A stretch of 24,000 bases of DNA, taken from the NCBI RefSeq assembly GCF_004799755.1, contig NZ_SLUB01000040.1, forward strand, positions 14,201 through 38,200, written 5' to 3'. Shown here in pieces: positions 15,673 to 24,000 of the stretch (its first letter is position 1; every line of letters starts with the position of its first letter). The notes under the pieces were generated by a model. The model was not told the origin of the DNA and did not search any database. It saw nothing but the letters and a program-made list of their open reading frames with translations. The stretch comes from Bacillus timonensis. GTDB lineage: Bacteria > Bacillota > Bacilli > Bacillales > Bacillaceae_L. The position numbers were made by a program, and so were the translations under genes.

Positions 15673-16146
15673 TTTCAAGAAGCAAAGTTATGGGTGAAAG
15701 AGAGAGTCGAATTGAATGTCGAGGATGGAGAGGATGAAGCCTATTTTTCCTTCTTTGATGCACATGCTTTGTATTTCTATGACCCTGCTGGGAATATTGT
15801 CGAGTTTATTTCTAGAAATACTTCCGAAGAGGAAACAAAGCCATTCTCGATAGAAAATGTGATAAACATTAGTGAAACCGGTCTAACTGTAGATGATGCT
15901 GTAAGTGTTGGAAATAGGTTGATTGAGATTGGTATACATGAGCGAAACAACGAATCATTGAGCCAAACATCACTCAATTTTATGGGAGAAAAAACTAAGG
16001 GAATATTCATTATCCTTAATCAGCCAGGGAGAAGATGGATTTTCTCTGATAAGATATCTGCTGTCTATCCTATTGAAATTCTCACACATGACGATAGTAG
16101 AATTACGGTTAATTCCGATAATCTAGTAGAAATATATAAGGGTTGA
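15658..16146 (+). pseudogene. VOC/glyoxalase-family gene, 3' fragment
   Basis: The frame reads IPSNQFQEAKLWVKERVELNVEDGEDEAYFSFFDAHALYFYDPAGNIVEFI..., continuing the ...HFAFN of 13690..13878. The ORF track shows only the part from GTG 15694. Confidence 0.7.
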
Positions 16147-16202
16147 TTGAAGTACCTTTAAATAACTAATTATTAAGTAAATATGTAGGGAGGAGGATGG
16201 TT

Positions 16203-16751
16203 ATGATTTACATTGCACTTTTACGGGGGATTAATGTTGGTGGAAAAAATAAAATAGATATGAAGTTGCTTAAACAATCTTTTGAACAAGTCGGAATGAA
16301 TGACGTGGTGACATATATCAATACAGGTAATATTATTTTTTCAAACAAAGGAAAATCAAAAACAGAACTCTCACGTCATTTGGAGGAAGCGATACATCAT
16401 GATTTTGGAATGCAAATTAAAGTAGTCGTTCGTAGTCTGGATGATGTCACAAGAATCATTAACGCAATACCCGACTCGTGGAAAAATGACAAAGATATGA
16501 AAAGTGATGTCATGTTTTTATGGGATGAAATTGATGATGAATCTGTACTAGAGAATTTGGTCATCAAGCCAAACATTGATACGGTGAAATATGTCCCTGG
16601 TGCAATTCTATGGTCCGTTGATAAGAAAAATGTAACAAAAAGCGGGATGTCCAAGATCATTGGAACTAAGATATACAAACAAATTACAGTCAGAAATGTC
16701 AACACGGCTCGTAAGATATATGAGTTGATGCAGGCTAATAATAGATTGTGA
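16203..16751 (+). CDS. DUF1697 domain-containing protein
   Basis: MIYIALLRGINVGGKNKIDMKLLKQSFEQVGMNDVVTYINTGNIIFS is the canonical DUF1697 N-terminus. GGAGG (16192-16196) lies 6 nt before ATG 16203. Confidence 0.85.
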   Translation: MIYIALLRGINVGGKNKIDMKLLKQSFEQVGMNDVVTYINTGNIIFSNKGKSKTELSRHLEEAIHHDFGMQIKVVVRSLDDVTRIINAIPDSWKNDKDMKSDVMFLWDEIDDESVLENLVIKPNIDTVKYVPGAILWSVDKKNVTKSGMSKIIGTKIYKQITVRNVNTARKIYELMQANNRL

Positions 16752-16830
16752 TGGATACGAAGAAGAATTTTTTAGAAGATAAAGGGAAATTTAATAGCAA
16801 CGTTTATTATTGTTAAGATTGAGGGATGAA

Positions 16831-17385
16831 ATGACTTATATTTGGGAAGCAGTAGCAATCTTATTTACTGGATTTTTCTTATTTCGAATTGCTGGTAAAA
16901 AAACAATGGCTGAAATGACAAGCTTAGAAACAATAACAATTTTAGCAATGGCCTCAACAATCGGCCATGCTATTTCAGAGAATGACTTGCTTAAAACAAT
17001 ATTTGCTTTGTGTTCCCTAGTAGCACTGCTCTTACTTATTCAATTTTTAACAAGTAAATTTAATAGTATTGAAAAACTATTTATAGGGAAGCCAACACCG
17101 GTTATACAGGATGGAATCATAAATTCCTACAATCTAAAAAAACTCCGCATGACTGTGGAACAGCTGGAGGCAAGAATACGACAAAATGGAATTTCTTCAA
17201 TCTCCGATATTAAAACTGCCTCAATTGAGATTAATGGGGAACTGGGATATGAGTTAACGAAACATGCTAAGCCAGTAACACACGGAGAATTAGAGGAAAT
17301 GTTAAACCAACTGCAATCGAATATACTCCAACAGCTTACTGGTAATGAACAGACCATCCAGAATGACAAAAAAATACATGAGTAG
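16831..17385 (+). CDS. DUF421 (YetF/YdfS-like) membrane protein
   Basis: N-terminal TM region with FRIAGKKTMAEMTSLE..TILAMAS, and a C-terminal GKPTPVIQDGIINSYNLKKLRMTVEQLEARIRQNGISSISDIKTASIEINGELG typical of DUF421. GAGGGA lies 4 nt before ATG 16831. Confidence 0.8.
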   Translation: MTYIWEAVAILFTGFFLFRIAGKKTMAEMTSLETITILAMASTIGHAISENDLLKTIFALCSLVALLLLIQFLTSKFNSIEKLFIGKPTPVIQDGIINSYNLKKLRMTVEQLEARIRQNGISSISDIKTASIEINGELGYELTKHAKPVTHGELEEMLNQLQSNILQQLTGNEQTIQNDKKIHE

Positions 17386-17459
17386 CGTTTTTTTGTTATT
17401 TTCGTGACATCATATCCGCCTGAAATAAGTTAACACTTTAAACGTAGTGAAAAAAACAC

Positions 17460-17489
17460 TTGACTATAGGAAAAAATTTTTGGTAAAGT
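17460..17489 (+). promoter_or_regulatory. candidate sigma-A promoter of the TetR/MFS locus
   Basis: TTGACT (17460-17465), an 18-nt spacer, then TGgTAAAGT (extended -10, 17481-17489). An ACCGGT-centred palindrome (17495-17510) follows. Confidence 0.45.
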
Positions 17490-17530
17490 TACAAACAGAC
17501 CGGTTGGTATGGTGGGGGTGTACTACGGGG

Positions 17531-18097
17531 ATGGATACAAAAACGCGAATTATCGAAATCGCGACAAAGCTTTTCCAACAAAAAGGATATATAGGTGTAG
17601 GCTTAAGTGAAATTTTAAAAGCATGCAATATTTCAAAAGGGTCTTTATATCATCACTTTCCAAATGGAAAAGAAGAATTACTAATTGCTTGTCTGGAATC
17701 CTTGAATGATGTGATCACACAGGATATTGAAAACATTTTTAATCAGTACCCGACTACAAAAGAAGCTATAAATGCGATGATCGATCAATTAATCGTTCAT
17801 TTTGAAACGGAAGGAACGATTGCTGGATATACGTTTAGCAGCATCGTTAGTGAAATGGCTTCACTCAGCGAACCAGTCCGTCATGCATGTTCACTTTTAT
17901 ATGCAAAAATGCAGAGTATTTATACAAACAAGTTAGTAGAAGATGGTTTTTCGACAGAAGCAGCTGAATCACTTGCTCTTACCATGGTAGCAACGGTTGA
18001 GGGTGGAATGATGCTTTGTTTAACACAAAAATCAAGCTTCCCACTCAAAACAATTTCTCTAGTAGTACCAAATTTATTACAGGAGTTTCAAAACTAA
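17531..18097 (+). CDS. TetR/AcrR family transcriptional repressor (LmrA/YxaF-like)
   Basis: HTH region TRIIEIATKLFQQKGYIGVGLSEILKACNISKGSLYHHFPNGKEELL. The C-terminus TMVATVEGGMMLCLTQKSSFPL resembles B. subtilis LmrA as I remember it. ATG 17531 is preferred over GTG 17447, which would overlap the promoter. Confidence 0.88.
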   Translation: MDTKTRIIEIATKLFQQKGYIGVGLSEILKACNISKGSLYHHFPNGKEELLIACLESLNDVITQDIENIFNQYPTTKEAINAMIDQLIVHFETEGTIAGYTFSSIVSEMASLSEPVRHACSLLYAKMQSIYTNKLVEDGFSTEAAESLALTMVATVEGGMMLCLTQKSSFPLKTISLVVPNLLQEFQN

Positions 18098-18226
18098 ATA
18101 ATATGGTTTTTGAAAAAACGGCTAATTCCTATTTTTCATGAGCAAAGCTCATAAGAAGTGGGGATTGGCCTTTATTATGCAAAAAAATAGACCGAAAGCG
18201 GTCAATCAAAGAAAAAGGAGATTGTT

Positions 18227-19681
18227 ATGAACACACAATTACAAGTCAAAAGTCCAAAAATAATGGCATTTATTTTAATGTTCGGTACTTTTATAGGATT
18301 ATTTGGTGAAACAGCATTAAACATGGCATTAACAAATATTATGGGTGAATTTTCGGTTAAACCCGCTATTGCCCAATGGTTAACAACAGGATATTTATTA
18401 GTATTAGCAATATTAGTCCCAATTTCTGCACTGTTGATGAAATGGTTCACTACGAGACAATTAGTGATCGGTGGATTAGTTATTTCACTATTTGGAGCAG
18501 TATTCGCTGCTCTATCTCCCAATTTTGCAATACTATTAGTAGGCCGTATTGTGCAGGCAATCGGAACGGGTGTTTTAATACCAGTTATGACGAGTGTTCT
18601 ATTAATTATTTTCCCTGTTCATAAACGTGGAGTTGTAATGGGGATCATGGGACTTGTTATTACATTAGGCCCTGCATTGGGTCCAACACTTTCGGGGGTC
18701 ATTATTAGTACGTTAGGCTGGCCATATATTTTCTGGATTAGCTCTATTTTATATGTATTATTAACGCTTATTGCTGTAGTTAAAATTGAAAATGTTTCAG
18801 AAATTACGAAACCGAAAATCGATTATTCATCGGTTGTTTTATCAACATTCGGTTTTGGAGGTTTAATCTACGCATTAGCAACGATGGCCGAAGCAGCTAT
18901 CTCATCACCTAAAGTTTGGGCACCTTTACTAGTGGGAATAATCGCACTTGTATTATTTGGGGTTCGTCAAATGAAAATGGCGCAGCCTATGGTGAACTTA
19001 CGTGTATTTAAGTTCCCGATGTTTACTTTGGGGACTGCAATGATGTTCCTCGGCATTCTAATGATTTTATCAGCGGGCATTCTATTGCCCATGTATCTAA
19101 AGGATGCTTTATTATATAGTGCAGCGGTGGCTGGTTTATTATTACTTCCTGGTAATGCAGTCAATGTGGTTATGTCACCCATAGTTGGTACTTTATTTGA
19201 CAAATTCGGGCCACGTATTTTTGTTATTATTGGTTCTATTGTTATTCTAATTGCAAATTTCATGTTTGCATCTGTAATAACGGCTACAACACCTGGTTGG
19301 CAAATCATTGTAGCATTTATGTTGTTCTTCTTTGGAATAACGATGGTCATGATGCCATCACAAACTAACGCACTAAACCAGTTGCCACGCGAATTATACG
19401 CAGATGGTTCAGCTGCCATGAATACGTTAAATCAAGTAGCGGGGGCAGCGGGTACGGCAATTGCCATTACATTATTTACAGCTGGTCAAAACAGTTACGT
19501 TGCTGACTTTTCAGGCGCAACAGAGCCAGAAACTTTAGCGGCCGGTGTAAGATATGCATTTTATTTTGTTACTGGAATTTCAGTTGTAACATTCATTTTA
19601 TCTTTATTTGTAAAAAAGGGATCCAGCGTAAAGGAAAAAGCAGCATCACCAGTAAAAGCAACAGAACCTGTTCGAAACTAA
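18227..19681 (+). CDS. MFS transporter, DHA2 (EmrB/QacA, 14-TMS) drug efflux family, LmrB-like
   Basis: 484 aa and highly hydrophobic, with about 14 TM segments. It contains LLVGRIVQAIGTG and GPALGPTLSGVII regions typical of DHA2 pumps and lies directly downstream of a TetR gene. AAAGGAG lies 6 nt before the ATG. Confidence 0.9.
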   Translation: MNTQLQVKSPKIMAFILMFGTFIGLFGETALNMALTNIMGEFSVKPAIAQWLTTGYLLVLAILVPISALLMKWFTTRQLVIGGLVISLFGAVFAALSPNFAILLVGRIVQAIGTGVLIPVMTSVLLIIFPVHKRGVVMGIMGLVITLGPALGPTLSGVIISTLGWPYIFWISSILYVLLTLIAVVKIENVSEITKPKIDYSSVVLSTFGFGGLIYALATMAEAAISSPKVWAPLLVGIIALVLFGVRQMKMAQPMVNLRVFKFPMFTLGTAMMFLGILMILSAGILLPMYLKDALLYSAAVAGLLLLPGNAVNVVMSPIVGTLFDKFGPRIFVIIGSIVILIANFMFASVITATTPGWQIIVAFMLFFFGITMVMMPSQTNALNQLPRELYADGSAAMNTLNQVAGAAGTAIAITLFTAGQNSYVADFSGATEPETLAAGVRYAFYFVTGISVVTFILSLFVKKGSSVKEKAASPVKATEPVRN

Positions 19682-19727
19682 CAGATTATAGAAAAGCTGT
19701 TAAGCGTTTAGAAGGAGATAATGGCAA

Positions 19728-20171
19728 ATGGGAAATCAGTATAGAAACATTCTAGTAGCTGTAGACGGCTCCAAAGAAGCGGAGTACGCATTCCGCAAAT
19801 CAATCGATCTTGCAAAAAGTAATAAGGGTTCAAAACTAACCATTGTAAATGTAATCAATACTAATTCATACAAAGGTTTCGATCGTTCTATGCTTGATCG
19901 TGCCCAGCAGCTCGCTGAAGAGTTAGTTAATGATTATAAAGCAGAAGCAAAGTCAAAAGGTCTCTCAGATGTGACGGCAGTCATTGAATATGGCTCCCCA
20001 AAAACAATGATTACGAATGAAGTTGCAGACTTTATCGATGCGGATCTGATTGTTTGTGGTGCTACAGGGCTGAATGCAGTTGAACGTTTTATTACCGGAT
20101 CTGTTTCTGGCGCTATCGTACGTTCGGCGAAATGTGATGTTTTAGTAACACGAGAACCAGAACAATTGTAG
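19728..20171 (+). CDS. universal stress protein (UspA family)
   Basis: NILVAVDGSKEAEYAFRKSIDLA...ADLIVCGATGLNAVERFITGSVSGAIVRSAKCDVLVT, including the G-x2-G-x9-GS ATP-binding motif. Confidence 0.9.
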   Translation: MGNQYRNILVAVDGSKEAEYAFRKSIDLAKSNKGSKLTIVNVINTNSYKGFDRSMLDRAQQLAEELVNDYKAEAKSKGLSDVTAVIEYGSPKTMITNEVADFIDADLIVCGATGLNAVERFITGSVSGAIVRSAKCDVLVTREPEQL

Positions 20172-20190
20172 AATCAACTTTACTACTCAG

Positions 20191-20235
20191 GAAACCATTC
20201 GTAAAATCAAACTTTTGCGAATGGTTTTCTTTTTA
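20191..20235 (+). terminator. rho-independent terminator after the usp gene
   Basis: 11-bp stem GAAACCATTCG / CGAATGGTTTC followed by TTTTT. Confidence 0.75.
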
Positions 20236-20682
20236 TGAGATAATTTTAGTCGTTAAATTATGAATAACGTCCCCTCTGCTAATAACTCCTATGACCCGTC
20301 CAGCCCCATTGACTACAGGTAGCTTTTTGAAACGATGTTTTGATAATAGTCGCATGGTTCTTTCAAAATCTTCATCAGGTGAGACAAAGATGATATTTCT
20401 CTTCGTCATTATTTCTTTTACAGGTGTAGCCAACTTTTCTCGCAATACATCTTCCAATTCCCCATCCTCTATTATATAAACCATCCCAGCAACCCCAATA
20501 GGTTTTGGAGTTAGGTAGCGTAATACATCACCATCTGAGACCATCCCAACTAGATGTCCTTGATCATCTACAACTGGTACACCGCCAATTCGATTTGTTT
20601 TAAGAATTAGTAACAATTCTTTGACAGTATTGGAAGGTTTGACGGTAAATACTTTAGTAATCATGAAATCTCTTACCTTCAT
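20233..20682 (-). CDS. CBS domain pair protein
   Basis: Two CBS repeats (VRDFMITKVFTVKPSNTVKELL...GGVPVVDDQGHLVGMVSDGDVLR and VKEIMTKRNIIFVSPDEDFERTMRLL...KKLPVVNGAGRVIGVISRGDV). AAAGGAG lies 9 nt before the ATG. Confidence 0.88.
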   Translation of the reverse strand: MKVRDFMITKVFTVKPSNTVKELLLILKTNRIGGVPVVDDQGHLVGMVSDGDVLRYLTPKPIGVAGMVYIIEDGELEDVLREKLATPVKEIMTKRNIIFVSPDEDFERTMRLLSKHRFKKLPVVNGAGRVIGVISRGDVIHNLTTKIIS

Positions 20683-20733
20683 TGTCGATCGCTCCTTTTA
20701 TTTTGTAACCGCATTCAAAGTTGATATATTCAT

Positions 20734-20763
20734 ATTCTAGCACAAACGATAAGAAGCTTGTCA
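20734..20763 (-). promoter_or_regulatory. candidate sigma-A promoter of the CBS gene
   Basis: On the minus strand: TGACAA, an 18-nt spacer, then TGcTAGAAT (extended -10). Confidence 0.4.
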
Positions 20764-21027
20764 TTTAGGAATTTGACAAAATATCGAAAAGAGGTTTTGG
20801 ATAGTATTGTAGATTGATTTACATCTAAAGCCCTGTTACCATAAAAATGGGGATTTTCCTAAACCAGGACAAGGGAGTCATTTTCTATGATTATTCAATT
20901 CATTCGTTATAGATAAGATGGGTATAGACGAGTATCAGACCCCACTCATTTTTTTTGAACAGAAGGTGAGGGTTTATTTGTCTATGCCTTTTTCATTTTC
21001 TAAAAACGAATGAATGAGGTGGCTTTT

Positions 21028-21888
21028 GTGTTACAAAAGAATAAAAGAATACTAAGTGCAAATTATGTAAAAGAGTTTGAAGCGATGTTTGCTTGTCCTA
21101 TTTGCCATTCGACCATGAAGGTTATGGAGTCTAAAAGCTTTATCTGCTCCAATCACCATACGTTTGATTTTACGAAACAAGGATATGTCAATTTTATGAC
21201 TCGTCCGGTAAATGGAAAGTACAACAAGGAACTCTTTGAAGCGAGACGAAATCTTATAGTTGATGAAGGTTTTTTCGAGCCTTTAAATCATGAAATTGCA
21301 GACATTATCAATGCATATTCAGGAAATACAATTTCTATTCTTGACATGGGATGCGGTGAAGGCTCGCACCTGAATAATATTAGTATGATCGTAAATAAAG
21401 ATGTTGTTGGAGTAGGAATCGATATTTCTAAGGAAGGTATTAAATCAACTTCTAAAAATTATAACGATAAGATTTGGGCGATGGCAGACCTTGCAAACAC
21501 ACCGTTCCAGGATGTAACATTTGATGTCATTCTCAATATTTTGTCTCCATCAAATTATACTGAATGTAATAGACTACTGAAGACAAATGGAGTTGTCATT
21601 AAAGTTGTTCCTTCAAGTGGTTATTTGAAAGAATTACGGGAACGAATCTTTGCCAACCGTTCCTATTCGAATATGAATACGATAAAAAGATTTCAAGAGA
21701 ACTTTCGATTTGTTGATCAAAAAAGGTTAACATATACCAAAATACTTGATAAACCTGCAATTGAATGGTTAATTCAGATGACACCAATGACATGGTCAAA
21801 AAAAGAGAAAGTGATAACTTTTTTAAATAAGGAATCAGTTCAAATTACAATTGATTTTGACATTTTAATTGGTAAAAACAATCTGTAA
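21028..21888 (+). CDS. rlmA: 23S rRNA (guanine-N1)-methyltransferase, RlmA family
   Basis: N-terminal zinc-binding module FACPICHSTM....SFICSNHHTFDFTKQGYVNFM and SAM motif ILDMGCGEGSH, colinear with E. coli RlmA as I remember it. GTG 21028 has GAGGTGG 5 nt upstream. The alternative start ATG 21010 has no RBS. Confidence 0.8.
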   Translation: MLQKNKRILSANYVKEFEAMFACPICHSTMKVMESKSFICSNHHTFDFTKQGYVNFMTRPVNGKYNKELFEARRNLIVDEGFFEPLNHEIADIINAYSGNTISILDMGCGEGSHLNNISMIVNKDVVGVGIDISKEGIKSTSKNYNDKIWAMADLANTPFQDVTFDVILNILSPSNYTECNRLLKTNGVVIKVVPSSGYLKELRERIFANRSYSNMNTIKRFQENFRFVDQKRLTYTKILDKPAIEWLIQMTPMTWSKKEKVITFLNKESVQITIDFDILIGKNNL

Positions 21889-21927
21889 CTTTTTAATAAG
21901 AGCCTACTATTCAGTGGGAAAAATCCA

Positions 21928-21969
21928 ACAAATGCAGTGGAGGTTTTAACCCCACTGCATTTGTTTTTA
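21928..21969. terminator. rho-independent terminator between convergent genes
   Basis: 13-bp stem ACAAATGCAGTGG / CCACTGCATTTGT followed by TTTTT. Confidence 0.8.
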
Positions 21970-21985
21970 AATTAAAAATAGAAAC

Positions 21986-22708
21986 CTATTTCCTCTCCAA
22001 CTCACCCATATCCACTTCAAACTCCGCATGGTCTCCAAGCGCATGTGGGACTTGCATACTTATAACGACTGTATGATTAAAAATGTAAGAAAAGACTCCA
22101 TATGGATTTTCGTTTGGGTCTGGGTGATCTGCCTTAGTAAATGCCGCGATGAGATCTTGGTTATTATACGTTTTTAAGTATTCGATGATAGCAGTTTGTT
22201 TTTCTTTATTTGGCTCATGTGGATTCTCCCAATCCATATACTTTGCATTTTTTAAGGCTTCAATAAACGTTTCATCAATTACAAATAAATTGGATAACCT
22301 GATTTTTTCACCTTTTTTAAAATTAATATTGGTAGTGAATAGAAGATGAGTTGGATACATACCACCATTATAAGTACCGGTATATTGAACAGTGAAAGTA
22401 TCTGACTCTGGTAGTATGACCTCGAAATCCATTTTGAGTGGAGCATTACTATCCTGATATTGGCTCAGAAAAAGAATGGCATCATCTTTAATGAGAGTAT
22501 TGATACGTTGTTCCAGATCTTTATTTTGCATGTTTGTAAGCTGAGGATAGTGAATTGTTACCTGTCCGTTTTCATAAGTTGCTGTATCAACCTCAAAAGG
22601 CTCTGCGTTTTTGTCACTCTCTTGTTGTTGTGATGGTGTAGTTTGTTGGTTTCCACAACTCGTTAACATAATAGAAAAGCCAAACACAATTAATAGTAGA
22701 AATCGCAA
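21986..22708 (-). CDS. lipoprotein with DUF4163/DUF3298-like domains
   Basis: Signal peptide with lipobox (MRFLLLIVFGFSIMLTSC, Cys18). The pattern VTIHYPQLTNMQNKDLEQRINTLIKDDAILF is typical of DUF4163, followed by a DUF3298-like C-terminal half. Confidence 0.7.
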   Translation of the reverse strand: MRFLLLIVFGFSIMLTSCGNQQTTPSQQQESDKNAEPFEVDTATYENGQVTIHYPQLTNMQNKDLEQRINTLIKDDAILFLSQYQDSNAPLKMDFEVILPESDTFTVQYTGTYNGGMYPTHLLFTTNINFKKGEKIRLSNLFVIDETFIEALKNAKYMDWENPHEPNKEKQTAIIEYLKTYNNQDLIAAFTKADHPDPNENPYGVFSYIFNHTVVISMQVPHALGDHAEFEVDMGELERK

Positions 22709-22797
22709 TCACGTCCCTCCTTATATATTCAATGATTAGTTCATTTTACATAGTTAATGTCAATAGTATGACAATCTTGACTGGAAATGAATATCAG

Positions 22798-22826
22798 TTG
22801 ACCAAATAATGCATGGTTGTTATCAT
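22798..22826 (+). promoter_or_regulatory. candidate sigma-A promoter of the monooxygenase gene
   Basis: TTGACC (22798-22803), a 17-nt spacer, then TATCAT (22821-22826). Confidence 0.45.
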
Positions 22827-22902
22827 TTAATTATTGTTTAGTGAACTTTGTTTTCTATTAGGAAACTTATTTCATCATACGATTACTATAGAAGGTGAAA
22901 AC

Positions 22903-24000
22903 ATGAATCTACAGACAGATGTTTGTATTGTCGGCGGAGGTCCTGCAGGTGCTTTGCTTGGCTATTTATTAGCTGAAAAAGGGATATCCACCATTGTTGT
23001 TGAGCGCACTTCAGGAAATGAACGTGAATTTAGAGGTGAGCATATTAACGCAGAAACCGAGGCCATTTTAAAAGAACATCAACTTTTTGATAAAATAGAG
23101 GCATTAGGATTATTAAAAATGAAAAAGGTTGAGTATTTATATGGAAGTAACATTGTTAAATCAATTACCCCAACAGATGAGGATCATATTGGAATCCATA
23201 TTCCACAGCCACATTTTTTAACTGCAGTTTCTAAAGAAGCAGCGCAGTTTCCTAATTATCAACTGCTTTTAAACACTAGTGTTAATGAGTTAGTTCAGGA
23301 CGAAAAAGGAAACTATACAGGTGTAAAAGCAAAACAGAATGGACAAGAAATTAATATCTCAAGCTCAATCGTAGTGGGCACGGATGGTCGTTATTCAACT
23401 GTTCGAAAACTTGCGGGCATTGTCGCTTCAGAGGAAACACATGGTTATGATGTGCTTTGGGCTAAAATCCCTGCACCTGCTGGTTGGGTGCCTTCAACCA
23501 AAATGGTTCTTGTCAATGGTCATCAACTTGCATTGTTCACTCAAACAGGTGGCTTGATTCAAATCGGCTGGAACATTGAAGAAGGCACATTTAATACGTT
23601 GCGTAAGCAACCGCTGGAGCCATTTTTAGAACCACTTTTAATAAGTTTTCCAGAATTAGAACCAATCGTTCGTGAGCATATCCAATCCTGGAAAAACTTT
23701 GTTTGTTTAAAAGTGTTCAGTTCTAAAGCAGATACGTGGGTGAAAGATGGTCTTGTCATCCTAGGTGATGCAGCTCATACGATGACACCAACGGCTGCGA
23801 TTGGAATTAACTGTGCAATTAAAGATGCACATGTTTTAGCCCCTATCCTCGAGCAAGCTTTAATCGATCGAGATTTTAGCGAATCAAGATTAAAAGAATT
23901 CGAAGTCGCAAGACGAACTGAAATCGAGCAGCAACAAGAAATGCAATTCGAAAAAGAAGAATCATTCCAAACCAATTTCTTAGAAGTGGTTGGACATTGA
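22903..24000 (+). CDS. FAD-dependent monooxygenase/oxidoreductase (class A flavoprotein, UbiH-like)
   Basis: Dinucleotide-binding motif DVCIVGGGPAGALLGYLLA, then VGTDGRYSTVR and LGDAAHTMTPTAAIGINCAIKDA. GAAGGTG lies 5 nt before ATG 22903. The TGA stop is at 23998-24000, the window end. Confidence 0.88.
   Translation: MNLQTDVCIVGGGPAGALLGYLLAEKGISTIVVERTSGNEREFRGEHINAETEAILKEHQLFDKIEALGLLKMKKVEYLYGSNIVKSITPTDEDHIGIHIPQPHFLTAVSKEAAQFPNYQLLLNTSVNELVQDEKGNYTGVKAKQNGQEINISSSIVVGTDGRYSTVRKLAGIVASEETHGYDVLWAKIPAPAGWVPSTKMVLVNGHQLALFTQTGGLIQIGWNIEEGTFNTLRKQPLEPFLEPLLISFPELEPIVREHIQSWKNFVCLKVFSSKADTWVKDGLVILGDAAHTMTPTAAIGINCAIKDAHVLAPILEQALIDRDFSESRLKEFEVARRTEIEQQQEMQFEKEESFQTNFLEVVGH

Noticed and set aside
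18202-19419. ORFs 18202..18522 (-), 18376..18624 (+) and 18967..19419 (-)
   Set aside because: These are antisense or alternate-frame shadows inside the well-supported MFS transporter gene.
20683-21027. 345-bp divergent intergenic region examined for a riboswitch or leader RNA
   Set aside because: I could not recognise any known riboswitch core (T-box, SAM, purine, c-di-AMP, preQ1 and others) by eye. Only weak hairpins are present. An Rfam scan would be needed to exclude one.
15777-23975. Remaining short antisense or alternate-frame ORFs: 15777..16010, 16397..16705, 17127..17369, 20291..20479, 21599..21799, 22149..22349, 23559..23759 and 23775..23975
   Set aside because: Each lies entirely inside a family-assignable gene, either on the opposite strand or in another frame of the same strand. 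They are typical shadow ORFs.

Overview
AT-rich segment that looks like the chromosome of a spore-forming Bacillaceae, judged from gene content: a YjcZ-type tiny sporulation protein, mqo, an ECF sigma/DUF4179 pair, an LmrA/LmrB-like pair and YetF/DUF421. Genes sit on both strands as single genes or short operons.

Recognisable genes:
- pirin plus a glutaredoxin-like protein
- DUF1232/YkvA
- malate:quinone oxidoreductase
- ECF sigma factor plus DUF4179 anti-sigma factor
- DUF4440
- UPF0060/YnfA
- YiaA/YiaB
- a DUF3592-like membrane protein
- an SDR oxidoreductase
- DUF1697
- DUF421
- TetR repressor plus DHA2 MFS efflux pump
- universal stress protein
- CBS-pair protein
- RlmA-family rRNA methyltransferase
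- DUF4163/DUF3298-like lipoprotein
- an FAD monooxygenase whose stop codon is the last three bases of the window

The only mobile element is an apparently intact IS200/IS605-family unit (tnpA plus tnpB, about 13879-15657). It is inserted into a VOC/glyoxalase gene in a way that precise excision would repair.

From about 7.2 to 13.7 kb there is a run of short, mostly membrane ORFs that I cannot assign to a family. It includes a translationally coupled three-gene unit preceded by a duplicated array of A-tracts phased at 10 bp.

I found no rRNA, tRNA, CRISPR array, or recognisable defence, secretion or biosynthetic system. The candidates for undescribed biology are modest and are flagged as such.
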